Below, in pieces: positions 33,791 through 47,219 of a stretch of 64,000 bases of DNA. The stretch covers positions 8,682,230 through 8,746,229 of the forward strand of contig NC_134036.1 of the NCBI RefSeq assembly GCF_964204645.1, given 5' to 3'. The DNA is from Tubulanus polymorphus (lineage: Eukaryota; Animalia; Nemertea). Both the position numbers and the translations under genes were made by a program. Every line of letters begins with the position of its first letter. Positions within the stretch are counted from its first letter, which is position 1. Below the pieces are notes generated by a model. The model was given only the letters and a program-made list of their open reading frames with translations. It was not told the DNA's origin and did not search any database.

Positions 33791-36499
33791 GGCAATTAAT
33801 TGCTTAGTGAGAGAGAAGATACGGTATACAATTAATTACTGTACAACAGACTAAAATAAACAATAAATTATGCATGTAATATCAAGGACCAATAGAGTTA
33901 ATTTAGATTTAAATATATCAATTATGAATTGAAATGACCTGCAACCAGTCTTATCCCGATATATTAATGACATAGCACACGTAGCACCACGATAATAAAG
34001 GGAAGTTGATGTTTGTGTATTATATTTCACACTTGGAAACTGTTTATAAAAAGAAAAACATCAAATCTTGAATAGGCGTATAATATATTGTATACGGTAT
34101 TCCTGGAATTTTACAATCCAAGGTCGCCATCAATATCTGATAAGTAACGTTGTTTGAGCGCACAAGTACCATATCCAGAATAAAATTGTTAAATCCGATG
34201 TAATAAGATATTTTAATCACGTTGTCTCGGTGCGGACATCACGATTTCACGAAAAAAAAAATATTTACGAGAATGGAGAGCTTTGTAGTCGGTCGGCCAC
34301 ATATATATTTTTGAAAATAGTTATATCATCCACAATTTTGAAATAGGGTCGGTAGGCAATTTTATTTTATTTCGAAAATAATATTTTGAAATGACGACAT
34401 ATCGGGTCGATCGGGCCCGAGAAACATGGTTTTCTTTTGGTGTGGCCTAAACGCGGCGAAATTTTTGCCTGAAAGCGGCTAAAAGCTGCCTCGAGCAGAA
34501 GTACGGCGTCGATCGCTCGAAATCGATTTGTGAAGTTAGTGCCTCAGCCAATATTTGGCGTTCGTGTCAGTCCGGTTAATTCGACCACGCGCAGCCGTCT
34601 CACGCATGTCAGTCCCTATATCCACGACTACTTTTTAGCGCTAAATTCTGGAAACAATTTCCCCCGGGTATCCCCGAATTTTCGAGGTCGTTCCTACGGT
34701 TGATCGATTTTTCTCCTGAAAAAAATGACTGTTCAGTGTTCAGTGAATCATTCAGTATCGATTTTCGGTATACATTCTCGGAGCAATGACAATGAGTCGC
34801 TTCATAACTATCGTCGTTGAAATGGACGCGTCCATTGTGCAACACAAGATACTGTGCCACCAGCCTACGCCGCCGTGGTCTCTTAATTATACAGTGATTG
34901 TGTGTCCTTCGTACAGAGCCAAATGAGCAATGATTTGGCAATGTATAGGCTGCGTCATGTTCTGTGCTTATTTGTTGCGAAGTGCGAATATATTTTTTAT
35001 TATTGATCAGTATTATTAACTACGTCATTGATTGATTGCAGTGGCATCGATATGTTTGTTTTTTTGTGTTCAATTTTTGGTGTGACATTTGTTATGGAAC
35101 ACTGTGTATTGTAACCTTGGCTACTGCTGCCATCTATGGTAAAAAATGTGTGAATGCTCACTTGCCAGAACCGGAAGTGAAAAGAATAAATAAAAAGTCA
35201 TGAAAACTAGAAAAACTGGTCGTTAAAAGTTACTTCTCGGCTCAACCGAAGGGACAAGGATGGAATTCAAGACATAATTGGTGATAGCGAGATTTAGACT
35301 CACTGCTTCACCACCAAAAATTAGGTAGGTGCCTATTCTTTATTCGCTAAGAACAATCAGTTCAGCATTAGATTCAAAAGATACGTCGAGCAAATAAATA
35401 GTTTTATGCAGACACTCGCGCTTACTTACTACAGCGTACTCGTCAAAACAGGTGTACGAAACACGCAGTACGTTATAAGATAAAGAACATTGAGGCCGGT
35501 AATGGTGGAACGCAGCGTCGTGGCGTATCAACTAGGCATCCAGATTTTTTAGCGATGTCATATGAACTTGCATACATTTGTTACTAAATATAATTCTCTA
35601 CCGCTGCGCTATTGTTGGTGTAAGTTTATTTATTACACCATGATATGGTATACAGAGACGCGGCTGGCCAGGGGCCAGTTGCTCGAAAGCTGGTTAAAAA
35701 TAACCTGTTGGTTTAAACCCCGCACTATGTCATTTGTTCACCGTTTAACTCTTACGAACCTTTGAGCGTCACTGAATCCTGAATTCGCCTCCACTGCCTA
35801 GGAAATGTAATGAGCGAGATTACTATGTTTATCTAAGCGATGTTTTGCACATAGCTATCTGTTTGACATTGCCAAAGGCTATTACGTCAGTAGATAGAGG
35901 TACGGGGCCGTGATTAACCCCGAAAACATGTCACCACATGTGCTTTAACAACTTTAAACATCATACAACAAAAGTCGTAGTAGTTTAGGGAATATACCCT
36001 TCTCACTGATACTGCATATCTTTTGGTACAATTTTACTATCTGTGACCTTCAGAGACAGGGGTTGGATCAGTAATAACATCGAACATTATTTACTTAACC
36101 GACCGAGGTCACATTATTTCCGTCGGTGTTTATGGATTTAGAATAATAATCTGTTCGTTTTTCTCTTCAGACATCGTCGAACTCGGACGATGTAATGACA
36201 ATCGTTCACGCCCGCAAGTGGTCAACTGGAATCCAAACCGGTTGCCTGTCCGGTGTGCGGCGATGAGGATTTCAACATTTTGCGGCAGATACGCAGTGTC
36301 TATCGTCCTTTTCTTGTCGTCGAGATCGAAGAAAAAATGTTGAACACGGTTACGCCATAATATACGTACCCGTTCTGCCGTGAGCGGGTGACCCGTCTGG
36401 ATATCCACCTTCATTGCGCGGGCACACACTGCCTAAAAATCCACAATACCGGCGTTTGATTCCGACATACCGTGAAACATCGTCGTTAAACTCGGACGC

Positions 36500-37830
36500 A
36501 TGGAACGTGTTCACAGACGAGTTCGCGTTAACGTTCTTACTTTTTCACGGACAAAAAACGCACTTTTTATATGCATTGTCATCCGCGTATTCGTCGTTTT
36601 TATTTCTGTTCAGACACCCGAGGACGAGGAGCTCGATTTTGACGCCGTGAACGGATCGATGGCTCTTCCCTCTCATGTTCGAATTATTCATGACCGCACG
36701 CTAACGAAAGACGGGGTATGGTGTTGAGCTAGGCAGTAGCGAAAGGACTTCTCCCTGTTCGCAGGTCGAAGGGAGTCGCGACGAGCAGTGGCTTCGAGAA
36801 CGAACGCGAGTCGTTTCGTTACTTGCGACCAGTGAATGCACGTAACTGTTGTCGTCTGATCGACCGCTCTGGCGGCTGAGATGTCCAGGTGTATCCGGCT
36901 ATCAATGAGGGTGCAATGTTGATGTACACCGCCCACCCCGACTAGCGTTAAAATCCGCATTCGTCGTTTGTTTTTCCAGTGAGACATAGCCGACGTCGAC
37001 GTTCAGAGACAAGAGATCCTCGACGAGATTCTCGGGCCTCGTACGAGGTAAGCATTCTCGCTTTTCGACCGCCGACAGAAAGACGCACCTTTTTAAGGCA
37101 TTATAGTCCGTATTCGTCGTTCGTTTTTCCATCCAGACATCCTTGGACGAGGAGCTCGATTTTATCCCGAGCGAAATTCTTGACTTCAACTTCGACGCTC
37201 CAAACGGATATTGTTGTTGTTCGAATTACTTCCCGAACTCGCTCTAACGTACGTTGTGGTATGTTGATGAGCTTCTCCCGACTTCTCCCCGTTCGCGGGT
37301 CGAGAGTAATTGAACGAACGCTAGTCGTTTCGTAACATGCGACGAGTGGATGCGCGTAAAGATCGTCGTCTTTTCGGTCCCGACATTGAGCCGGCTGTCG
37401 CTTCGGCGGTGTTCGGGATGTCCTTATCTCCAGCTATTCTCGTTCATCGAGCGTGCTGGCCCGGCGTATTCGGTAAAGTAGATTTCGGATTGAGCCAGGA
37501 GAGTAAGTTCCGCCGTAATAATCAGCGATGACCAGTGAGGGTGAAGTGCCTCAACTTGCGCCTGACGCTGTTCCTAAAAGGTCGTCCGTTGTACACCTTC
37601 GAATGGTCGTGAACGACACGTACCCCCTTTCGAACTGCGCTTATCCATCACTGCAACCGGTGCGAGTCAGAGAACTGTCGCTCTCCTCGTTCAACGTTAC
37701 TGAACCTCCGAGCCCGTTATTCGACACGAACGCCGTAAGCATTCCCGCTTTTCGCCGGCGACGGAAAGATGCACCTTTTTTAGGCATTATAATCTGTATT
37801 CGTCTTTCGTTTTTCGTGGCGCCGAGCCGG
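36500..37830. repeat. Diverged tandem duplication/triplication (~520-700-bp units), GC-richer than the flanks
   Basis: Shared anchors ggacgaggagctcgatttt (~36622, ~37145), gtcgtttcgtNacNtgcgac (~36810, ~37324), and gcaccttttt(t)aggcattata (~37084, ~37771). Confidence 0.6.
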
Positions 37831-38228
37831 AAATGAAGATGGCGTCGCGTAAGAAAAATGCACTAATGCCCGGTATGCGTGGAGCGCAAACACAATATGC
37901 CCCGGCGCTTGCGCTCAAAACGTACACTTCACGATGTCGAGGTGTACAACAGCGCCAAGATCAGAAAGGCAATGTCGGGGCATCGTTCAAGCCCGTTATG
38001 CGGTAAAATCGTTACCCGTCTAGAAGTTACATCTCAGTGGTCGCGGCACTCACGCGTTGCAGAAAAACTCCCCGCAATATCGTCGCGCGATGTCACGAGT
38101 TATTGATAATGAATGAATAATTATATGCAAATCTTTTAATCGCGTAGTCTATCAGTCTAACGGGCGAAGAGGAAGATATTTTAGAAAGAAAGAATGACCC
38201 CCATACTTCGCAACCCTAAGTGAGAATG

Positions 38229-38476
38229 CGGTACAGCTAGGAATTAAATTAACAGTGTTAACGTTTATTTTCCGTTTCGTTTACGTTTAAAATGGAAATT
38301 GATTGGCGTTTTAGAAATTAAACGCGTACCGTACATTGATGTATCGGTTTTAAAACGCGTTCAAATCGCGTGTACAACGATACACGATGCATGATGTGGA
38401 ACGATACATGAGAACGCGAAGCGTTCAACACGCAAACGATGCGCAATTTTTGTTAAGTTAATTCTAAGCTGTACCG
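38229..38476. mobile_element. MITE
   Basis: TIRs cggtacagctaggaattaa / ttaattctaagctgtaccg. Confidence 0.6.
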
Positions 38477-41330
38477 TAGCTAGTACTAGCATGTTGAAGA
38501 GCTCGAGAAGTTGTGATATCATCACGAGTGTTTAAGGATTTGACACTGAATAGGGCCTTATTTTCAAATTCGACATTTCGCAGGCTTTCTTAAACTTGCC
38601 AGATATACTAAATAGATTACCAAGATAGCAATACGAGCTTACGTTTTCAATGGGTAAGTTATTAACGGACGCGTTGATCATAATTTCTGTTTTATTTCTT
38701 TATTCCTGGGCCTGGTTTCATAGACCAGGGTGGTGGGACCTTCCTGCATAGACTGAGTATCAAAGTTATCCCTAGGGGTAAATCCAATTGGGTGACGCCA
38801 CCACAGTAACAATGAGAAACCATGGTTATAACTGACAAATTTCAAACTGTTCCCAGGGACTATCTTTCTTCCACCTCTATGAAACCCAGCCCTGGAGATT
38901 ACTATGAGTTTATAATACCCCCGGCCTGCAGTTGTTCTGTCATTTCTGATTAGCGGACGCGTGTTAACCATATATGTCCGTTCTCGTATTAGCCTTTACA
39001 TAATATATCACCATAAACGGACGCGTAGACTACGTGGTCGTTGGCTGAAGACAGCTTGGTCAGTCCCGTAGACAGCATGCCACCGGAGCACACCCGATAC
39101 CGCACCGGCGTGCCACCTGTCAGCGGTGGCGAAACTATCGAAGACTTCCTGGTCGTTGCCCGTATATAGCAGAAATTCGTTTCACTTTGTTTTGTTCCTT
39201 TTATTTTCCAGCTGCAGGGCCCTCCCCAGTTTTTCTTCGTGATCGGAGACGCTAAAATTTATATTAAATGTTTGTAAGATGTAAAATATAACTTTATAAC
39301 ATGTTTGTGATGCTGAGATGAGAATGTAAAAAGACTTCGGTCTTGTAGATTATAAACGATTTTCTGTTTGAATGTAATTTCTATCGTAATGAAATATTTT
39401 ATGATTTAGTAGAATTCTAAAAACTGTACTTGAAGACCTTTCCTATGTGCTCGGGTCACTCCCGTATTGTATTTTTCAAGTTTATGTGCCTTAATCGACA
39501 TTCCCGTGCTTAGATCGATCTATGCTATGCCCGTGCCGAGATGGCGCCACTACACGGTTCTTAATTATATTGCGTGCTCGGGGTGCTTCTTTTGAGCCAA
39601 TTAGATTGGATTACGTCATAATCTGGCTCTATAAAAGGCAAAAATGCGCTTTATTAACGAGTCTCGGTGCATTTTCTTAGGTGTGTATTACTAAGATTTC
39701 GAACTATAGGGGGAGGGATTAATTCAATTAAGTCATACTAGGCACTGATTCTCTTTAGTTGAATATTTCTTAGTCCTTATTCGCAAAGTTGTTTTTCTTC
39801 CAAGATGTTTTCGGAAAACAATCTTTCAGGGTTCATAAGGAGACTTCCTCCTTTGAATTATTCCCCGAAAGTATTCTTCTCTCCGATTTCTTCTCTTGGA
39901 TTTTCCCACAACCTTTGAGTTTCTGGAATAGTGACCATCTCTTACATAAACATAATAGGGAAATAGATAAATACATAACGGGAACTTGTGAAACATAATG
40001 AGAGTTCTTATCTTTATTATGAACACTTAGGTTTAGATTTTTGGCATAAAAAGAGCACAGGTTTAAGGCAATTATTATTGAGTCTTAACGAGATCTTTTT
40101 TCTTAAAACTAATGGTTTGTGGTGCGATAATAATAATCTCCTTTGGTGGTCAGTTGGCCATTTATAAATCTTGTAAAATAGAAACAACAGGTACAGTATA
40201 TATTGTTTGTTGTTTAAACATTTCAAAAAGAGTATTATAATAAATAGTATTCAAAGAATATTATCATATACATAAAATTCTGAATCTTTGCCTTTTCCCT
40301 AACTATATGTGGTGTCGGATTTACTATTTCGTCGTAGCTAGAAAATGGTTGTAATGTTGATTTCTTGTATGCGTTGGTGGTTATTAATGGGTGTCAAACA
40401 ACAAACGATGTAGTAAGCAGGTTGTTGTTTGATGCTTTAATCTATCGGCGCTGACCATAAATCAGCCTGGTGTAAAAATAATTCTTTCTCGGTTCTTCTG
40501 CTGCGATATCTGGCAAACATTCAGAATATTTTTATAAAACTTAAGAATAGACGTGACCATATTTGGTTGGGTCGGACAATGAAGTGTATTGATAATGTGA
40601 CTAATTAATAACGTGAAGGGATCTCGCTGTACCGTACCGTACTTTGTGATGAAAACAAAGTTTTGTAAATATATATAATTTGAGTAATCTGGATATTATT
40701 TAAGAACAAAATGTTAATAGTCGCTAAGTTTTAGGAAAATTAATTTGTGTTAAAAGTTGATACTAGCTCTCTAAAATTTGCTCTTGTTGTATACGTCTGT
40801 TGGTAATTTGCAAAGAATAGCTGTTCCCTCAACGATGATAAGCAAGGAGTGAGTAAATCATTTTGCGTCATGAGAGGAGGATTGGATCGTTTAGCAAATC
40901 AGTTTTGAAAATAATTTTAGATCAGCGAATCATTAGGGCTATATTCTATATGACCGAAACAGTCATGACAGTCAGGTTGCTGCACCTTGCCAAAAGTTGA
41001 GTGGGAGAGTCGGAATTTTAAGAATGCCGATTCTTTCTATAAAAGGGGTGCGCAGTCTTGCGAGAGGAGAGACCGATTCGGAGGTTATATTCAAGACCTC
41101 GTTTAGAGAGTTTTGTTCGGGAAGACGGTTACCAACAGGTGTGTAGGCTAGAAATCATTTTAAGAGCAAGGATCTGGATTGTGTTTTAATTGGTAAGCTT
41201 AGATTACTTATCAAGGTAAATAAAATTCGTTTTACTAATATAACATTCAGTCAAAATTCCGGCATTCTAGTTAATTATTTGGGGTTGTGCACATACACGT
41301 TCTCTCGCCAGGGACCTATCAACGCATTTA

Positions 41331-41380
41331 TTAATCAACGACTAAGGAGAGGATTGTGACCGGTGTAACAGTTGGTATCT
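41331..41380 (+). mobile_element. Possible LTR 3' end followed by a partial tRNA-Met primer-binding site
   Basis: ...ccggTGTAACA-gt-TGGTATC; LTR start and gag/pol not identified. Confidence 0.35.
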
Positions 41381-42096
41381 ATTATTCCCTTTTAAGCTAA
41401 ACGCCTGCGCAGGTCGGCTGTGGAGGCCGGAAATACTTGTAGTCCTGTATTTCCTCCTCAGTCGGAGAAAAAGCTAGAGGATTTTTATTTTATATAACTT
41501 ATTCGTGATTCTCCTATAATTCCTGGGTCACAGTTTTTCATGTTTATGCACTCTTATTGACTTGGGTTACTCGTGTGGACATTCAGTCACCCGTTTATTA
41601 CCATTTTAACTGAGGATTGGACTCAATAACCTTATTATCTCCAGAGGAAGGCTTGACAGGTTTTTGTGCGTTAATTCTCATGGAGGAAACCTGAGGATTT
41701 CCCCTTCTAGCTTCTCTACCTCCCAGATGCTAGTGACGTGAGCGAACCCTTGAAGCGATGCCTATTAAGATTATTAGATATTATGATATACATTTATGAA
41801 TATTTGGGAATTTTTGATACATTTTGAGAAAGTCACAAAACATTTGAGACTGCGTTCTTAAACTTTCTCTAATTCGATTGGATATTCTATGCTAAAACGT
41901 AAATTCCATTGGATAGTGAGTCGTGCTGATATTCTTATTGTAGATTTCCTTTATTGAATATACACCAGTTATTACATATTCAGCGGTAATTGAAATTAAA
42001 AGGTGAATCAGTAATTCATAAAAAGTCAGGAATAACATTACATATTTGTGTACGAAAACAGTTTAATATCGTTCTGTTCAGTTCTGTCTCGAGAAG

Positions 42097-44961
42097 CTAC
42101 ATTGTACTAAATATTTGTATCTGATCAAATTCAAATGAATCTAATGAATTTGGTGAATCTGATGAATCTGGTGAATCCGATGAATCTGACCAGTACGCAG
42201 TTTGTTCGCTTATGCTTATATTCACTATCACTCTCACTCTTTTATTGAGTTGTCTAAGTTCTGATTTGACGTAACTTCTCATCGTATCGGGGTCGGTGCT
42301 CCAGCAGCTGATACACAGCTCAGAAAGATGCGGAAGATTTTCGACTTATTCGACGATTGATTTGACGTATAAATCGATATCGTGTACGTCAATCAGCGCT
42401 GCGTGAAACTCAAACCAACGAATCGATGAGACGTATTTACATTGTTGTAAGATGGCAATATACTCATCGGTTATATCAAGACGGCTATAAATACTGACTT
42501 GTATCAGCTGATCTACCGCATCTGATGATAGATACCAAACAAGCGCACATACATCAGCTTCTGACCGCAAATCTATTGATAATACAGTCAGCCGCGGCAG
42601 TTGAGATAGAACGTGTTTCATTTGTAAATCAGATCTCCCAGTAAAAAGACGCTTTAGTTTCGGCATTGAACCGACGCTATCACTGATTTCTATCCATTGA
42701 TCTGTCGTTAGTTCACGCAGTCCGCGCCTTCCGTACTTTCCGTGCAGGACGTTCGGTCCGTTCAGTTTGAGCTTAATTGTTTCGATCCCTGAATATTTAA
42801 AAGCGGTGTTAAAATTTTTGAATTCTTCGTCGGTCAAATTCCCATCGACATAACCGTCAAGATATAAGCTTTTCAACCTGGGAATTATTTTTGTAAGCTC
42901 TCTGATTACACTTCTATCGGGTTCTACGCGGAGAAATAGATGCTTTAAGGATTGATAAGATTTCAGAATATTGCCTAAAAGTTCGGCACTAGGCTTTACG
43001 TTTATAGATACAATTTCCTCTGTATTGTGGGAGGAAGTATCACCACTGTTACGTGATGTAATCGCGCTAATCCTCTTAATCCATTTACCATCGAGTTTCT
43101 TGTAACATTCACCAATATTGCACGATATATGGCTGTATTCCATGCTCATAAACCAATTTATACTGTTGCTCTTCTCACACAAAGTCAAGCACGGATCATA
43201 TTCGCCTATTGAAGCTGGAGGATTGCGAAATATCATACCCCGAAGACTGGTGTTTCTCGCTATGGCTGTTTCTAATACGCGGTATACGTCGGGTTCCAGT
43301 TCGTCGTTTAACATGTAAACTATCTCGATCGGACATTGTTTGTGTTCGAGTATTTTTGCGAGCATGTTTATTTTCGATCTGATATCGATATCTGCAGATA
43401 CGATCAACATGTTTCCTATGTAGTGAACTATTTCACTAATAGCGTCGTCCGGCCAGTCGGCTTCACTCAGGTAAATTGACAACTGACCAGATAACCGATA
43501 GCTTTCGGATAGGAGTTCGATGACGCGTTCGTAATCGGGGATGAGCGTCATATCTGTACTTACAACCATAAACAAACTCGCGGAATAGAACTCCTCTACT
43601 ATAACTGTTGAATGTTCAACTATTAATGTCTTGAAAAGTTCACCGAGGCCGCGGTTAGGGCTAGGGTTAGGATTAGAGTTATGCTTGTAACGATACAGCA
43701 GCCCTGCCATGAATCTCGGGTATAATTCACCATATTTTTCAAGCTCACCAGGAAGCTGATCAAATGCGCAATTGGTCCAGGGTATATCACCACTGTTGTT
43801 GAATTGCACGACCGAGTGTACCGCCGCCAGAAATTCGTGAACAGATTTGTGTATGAATCGAAGCTGGACGGAGCGGTCTGATTTCCGTCGCGGCGACTCC
43901 TCTTTGCACGTCAAAGCCGTCACCTTTGATTCGTCGAGTTTGAGACGATTTTCGGTGAAGCTGTTTTGATGCTTGATGAGCGTCTCATTCGCAATTTGAC
44001 AAATTTCTTTAAGCGCCTCCGATTTTACGATGTCCCCAAAAAAAAATTCCGACGACAAGTCGATGCCCTGGCGTTTACTGATCAGAAAACATGTCAAATC
44101 GATGTAGATATCGGTGAGTTTTGATGGTATCGTGATTTCTTCTTCGTCCATATACAAAAAACAAAACATATGTAGTATCAGCGGGTTGCAGTAGATACTT
44201 GAAAATAAAGGTGATGCTGCGTCTTCGAGCATGTGGAATAGCTGATACGGATTGCGTTTGGGGAATTTTTTTCACCATTATATCGATGACTTCTTCCTCT
44301 TTGAATCCGGATATCGATACAATGGTGAATTTGGGATCAGTGATGATCTTGCTGCCCCCGGACTCACGTGTTGTTATGACGAAATGCGCTTTCGGTAATT
44401 CATTAGTCACGTGTACGATATCTTCCTTCGCTTTATTGTTCTTCAACTCGTCGAAGCCGTCTAGAAAGAATATCTCTTTATCTGCATTTTCCCGGACGAA
44501 TCTCCTAAAATCAATCGGCAGATCCTTTTCGATGTCTCGATTCAAAAGATTTTCGTAAATGTACGTATAAATGCATGCGTTATCAGCGGGCAGATCGTTT
44601 AACGGTATATAGAATAACATAGGGAATGTTTTTAGGAATGGTGAGCTCTCCAATGACACAACTTGATTTATCAACTGTGTTGTTTTACCCATACCGGGCT
44701 CACCTACGAGGCACACGCGTTTCATAGCACGCGCGTCATAAGTGAAAAGCGTCTTGAAATCATCGGGTAATATCACTGACTGTTCCTCACTTTCTTCATT
44801 TCTCTTCGGGTTTCGTTTTTGGGGTCGAATTTCCGCGTGTTCTTTGGTGAAGATGTCGTTGAAATTGATGAATTCATCGCTCCACCAAACCTCTTTGTAA
44901 CAATCAACATCGATCATTTGTTTATACGTTTCTTCCAGCCACTCTCGAACCTGAGTAACAT
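42097..44961 (-). pseudogene. NACHT-LRR (NLR) large exon with one frameshift and one in-frame stop
   Basis: Acceptor ttttacag at 44962; Walker A GEPGMGKT; Walker B FFLDGFDE; VITTR; NPL; winged-helix FIHKSVHEFLAA; degenerate LRRs (LKHLFL, LKSLYL, LKRLF, LTVLSI). Extra base in the T7 run 44266-44272; TAA at 42346-42348 in frame with 42097-42282. Confidence 0.9.
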
Positions 44962-46544
44962 CTGTAAAAGTAAATCAGTTTGAGATTTTTCATTCAATTT
45001 TCTGGTGGCTCATTCGGTCTCAAAATTTCCAATTGGTTAACAGAAAATTTGTAATAGCAGAATATTTGTTTCAAGGTCAAGTGCTCTCTAATTCCTACTT
45101 TTTGAGATTAACTTTCCAAATGATACTTTAGCATGACCTGGGCCCAGCCTTATGGAAAAAATCACTTATTTGTCTGAAATCAGTAAAATTAAATAAATGG
45201 ATCATTTACCTATATAGCATAAAACGAAAAAAACAAAACTTTCTTATTTTCATCTTATTAGAAATAATGAACCTTCATGATTAAATTTTAATTTTGGATT
45301 CGAATTTATATTTAAAAATGCATTATAAATATGAGCGATTATGTTGTGACTATTGTGTGTAATTAGAATATTTGTTTCAGCACGTGCTGAAAACAATTTA
45401 GCTGATTTCAGCACCACCGAGAAAATGTTTTAGGTCCCGAAATCTAATAGTTGATGTTAGTATAATTATTTAGTATTCTGATTTTGGGCGAAGCTTTATG
45501 AAAATATGCCAAATGCCAAAAATTTTGAATTTCCCGTTTCACTTTGTGTCAGCCGAAATTCCAGTTAAGTTTGGAAAATCAGGACTATCAGTGACATACG
45601 ATACCGAATTACAGGGAATACAACTGATATTAACTAAAAAGAGGCAAATGGACAAATGGAGCAATTTGAAACAGGTCGGGATAGGCATCGGTTCATAAAA
45701 AAAGTGGAAAAGGCACTAATCAAAAATTAAGCCTAAAACTCGTGGGCAAAATGTTTGAATACGACAAGATTTCTATAATTGCATTTTAGAAAGGCGCATA
45801 GGAACAAGGCGTGGAAGAATGTGGCGCTAGGTGACTGATGTAATAAAATCACACAGGTTGCAAATTCTTTTACAAAAATGCCTAAAAGTCATGTAATTGC
45901 ACGATAAAATGACCTTGAGATAGAATTTGCAACGTGTGTGATTTCTTTTTGCATGGCCCAAATTAGCCTCAATACTGTCAAAGTCACTGTGAAAGGGCAT
46001 CTTTTAAAAAGATGCCAACGTGTTTTGGAAATGAATTTTGAAAAAAAGACTCGGACGGACATCCCCCTTCCTCAACACTTGCGGGGAGGGGGTATGAATA
46101 TACATAATAATAATGATGATAATAAAACTTTATTTATTAGACCGGTCTTATATTTGTAAGACAACATTTGGACTCAAGGCACATGAAATCTGATGGTTAA
46201 AATCTATAATTACTGAGATTTTCAGCAGAATTGCCGATGGCTCCGAAACTTTGAGATATTATCGTCGTATTATTGTCACCAATTATACTCATATTAGAAT
46301 TGTCTGCATTAATTCCTGGCCTACTCTCCGCCATCTTGCTTGTACTGAAAAACAGAATATAGAATTCAGTTATTTCATCTCAATAAGCGCAGACATCTTC
46401 ATGACCTAATTGTTTTATCCAGTATTTTCACAATTAGCCTCAACTCATATTGATTTGGACTCAAGTTTTCCATGTTGCTGATCACGCATTAAATAGTGAA
46501 ACAATTTGTGTGTATTATTCACCTGTGAGACAACTGATTTTACA

Positions 46545-46930
46545 CATTACAAACTCTCTACCGGTCACTACTATCAGGTTTACAGATCACAAACTCTCTA
46601 CCGGCCACTTCCATCAGGTTTACAGATTACAAACTCTCTACCGGCCACTTCCATCAGGTTTACAGATTACAAACTCTCTACCGGTCGACTCCATCGGGTT
46701 ACACATTACGAACTCTTTACCACCCGTTTCTATCTGGTATACAGATTACAAACTATCTACCGACCCGGGTTTACAGATAAAAAACTCTCTACCGACCGCT
46801 TCTATCAGGTTTACATATTACAAACTCTCTACCGGCCGCTTCTATCTGGTTTACTGATTACAAATTCTCTACCGGCAGCTTTTATCAGGTGTATACTGAT
46901 TAAAAACTATCTACCGAACGCTTCTATCAT
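46545..46930. repeat. 39-bp minisatellite (~10 units)
   Basis: tttacagattacaaactctctaccggccacttccatcagg repeated. Confidence 0.9.
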
Positions 46931-47219
46931 GTTCTATCAAAGTCAAGTACCTTTTGAAAACAAAGATATATAATGTAGGTTATCAGTGTAAATATTTTTC
47001 ATGATCCTTGTCACGTATTAGTTGTTCATACCGTACGATATACATTTACGATGCCTTATAGATAATTTGTCTGAAATTTCATAATATATGAAATACCTGA
47101 TAAAACAATTCGTTTTAATGTCCATAGGCCATGATAATACATACACTATAAATAAACGAAAAATGATTACCTTACATAGCGATACACCGGTCACAATCCT
47201 CTCCTTAGTCGTTGATTAA

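Noticed and set aside
38975-41370. Full LTR retrotransposon
   Set aside because: No second LTR, TSD or gag/pol motifs could be found; only a possible LTR end and primer-binding site are reported.
43652-43672. Interstitial telomeric TTAGGG repeats
   Set aside because: Only 2-3 imperfect units, encoding NPNPSPN within the NLR reading frame.
46450-46973. 135-aa and 155-aa ORFs
   Set aside because: Translations of the 39-bp minisatellite.
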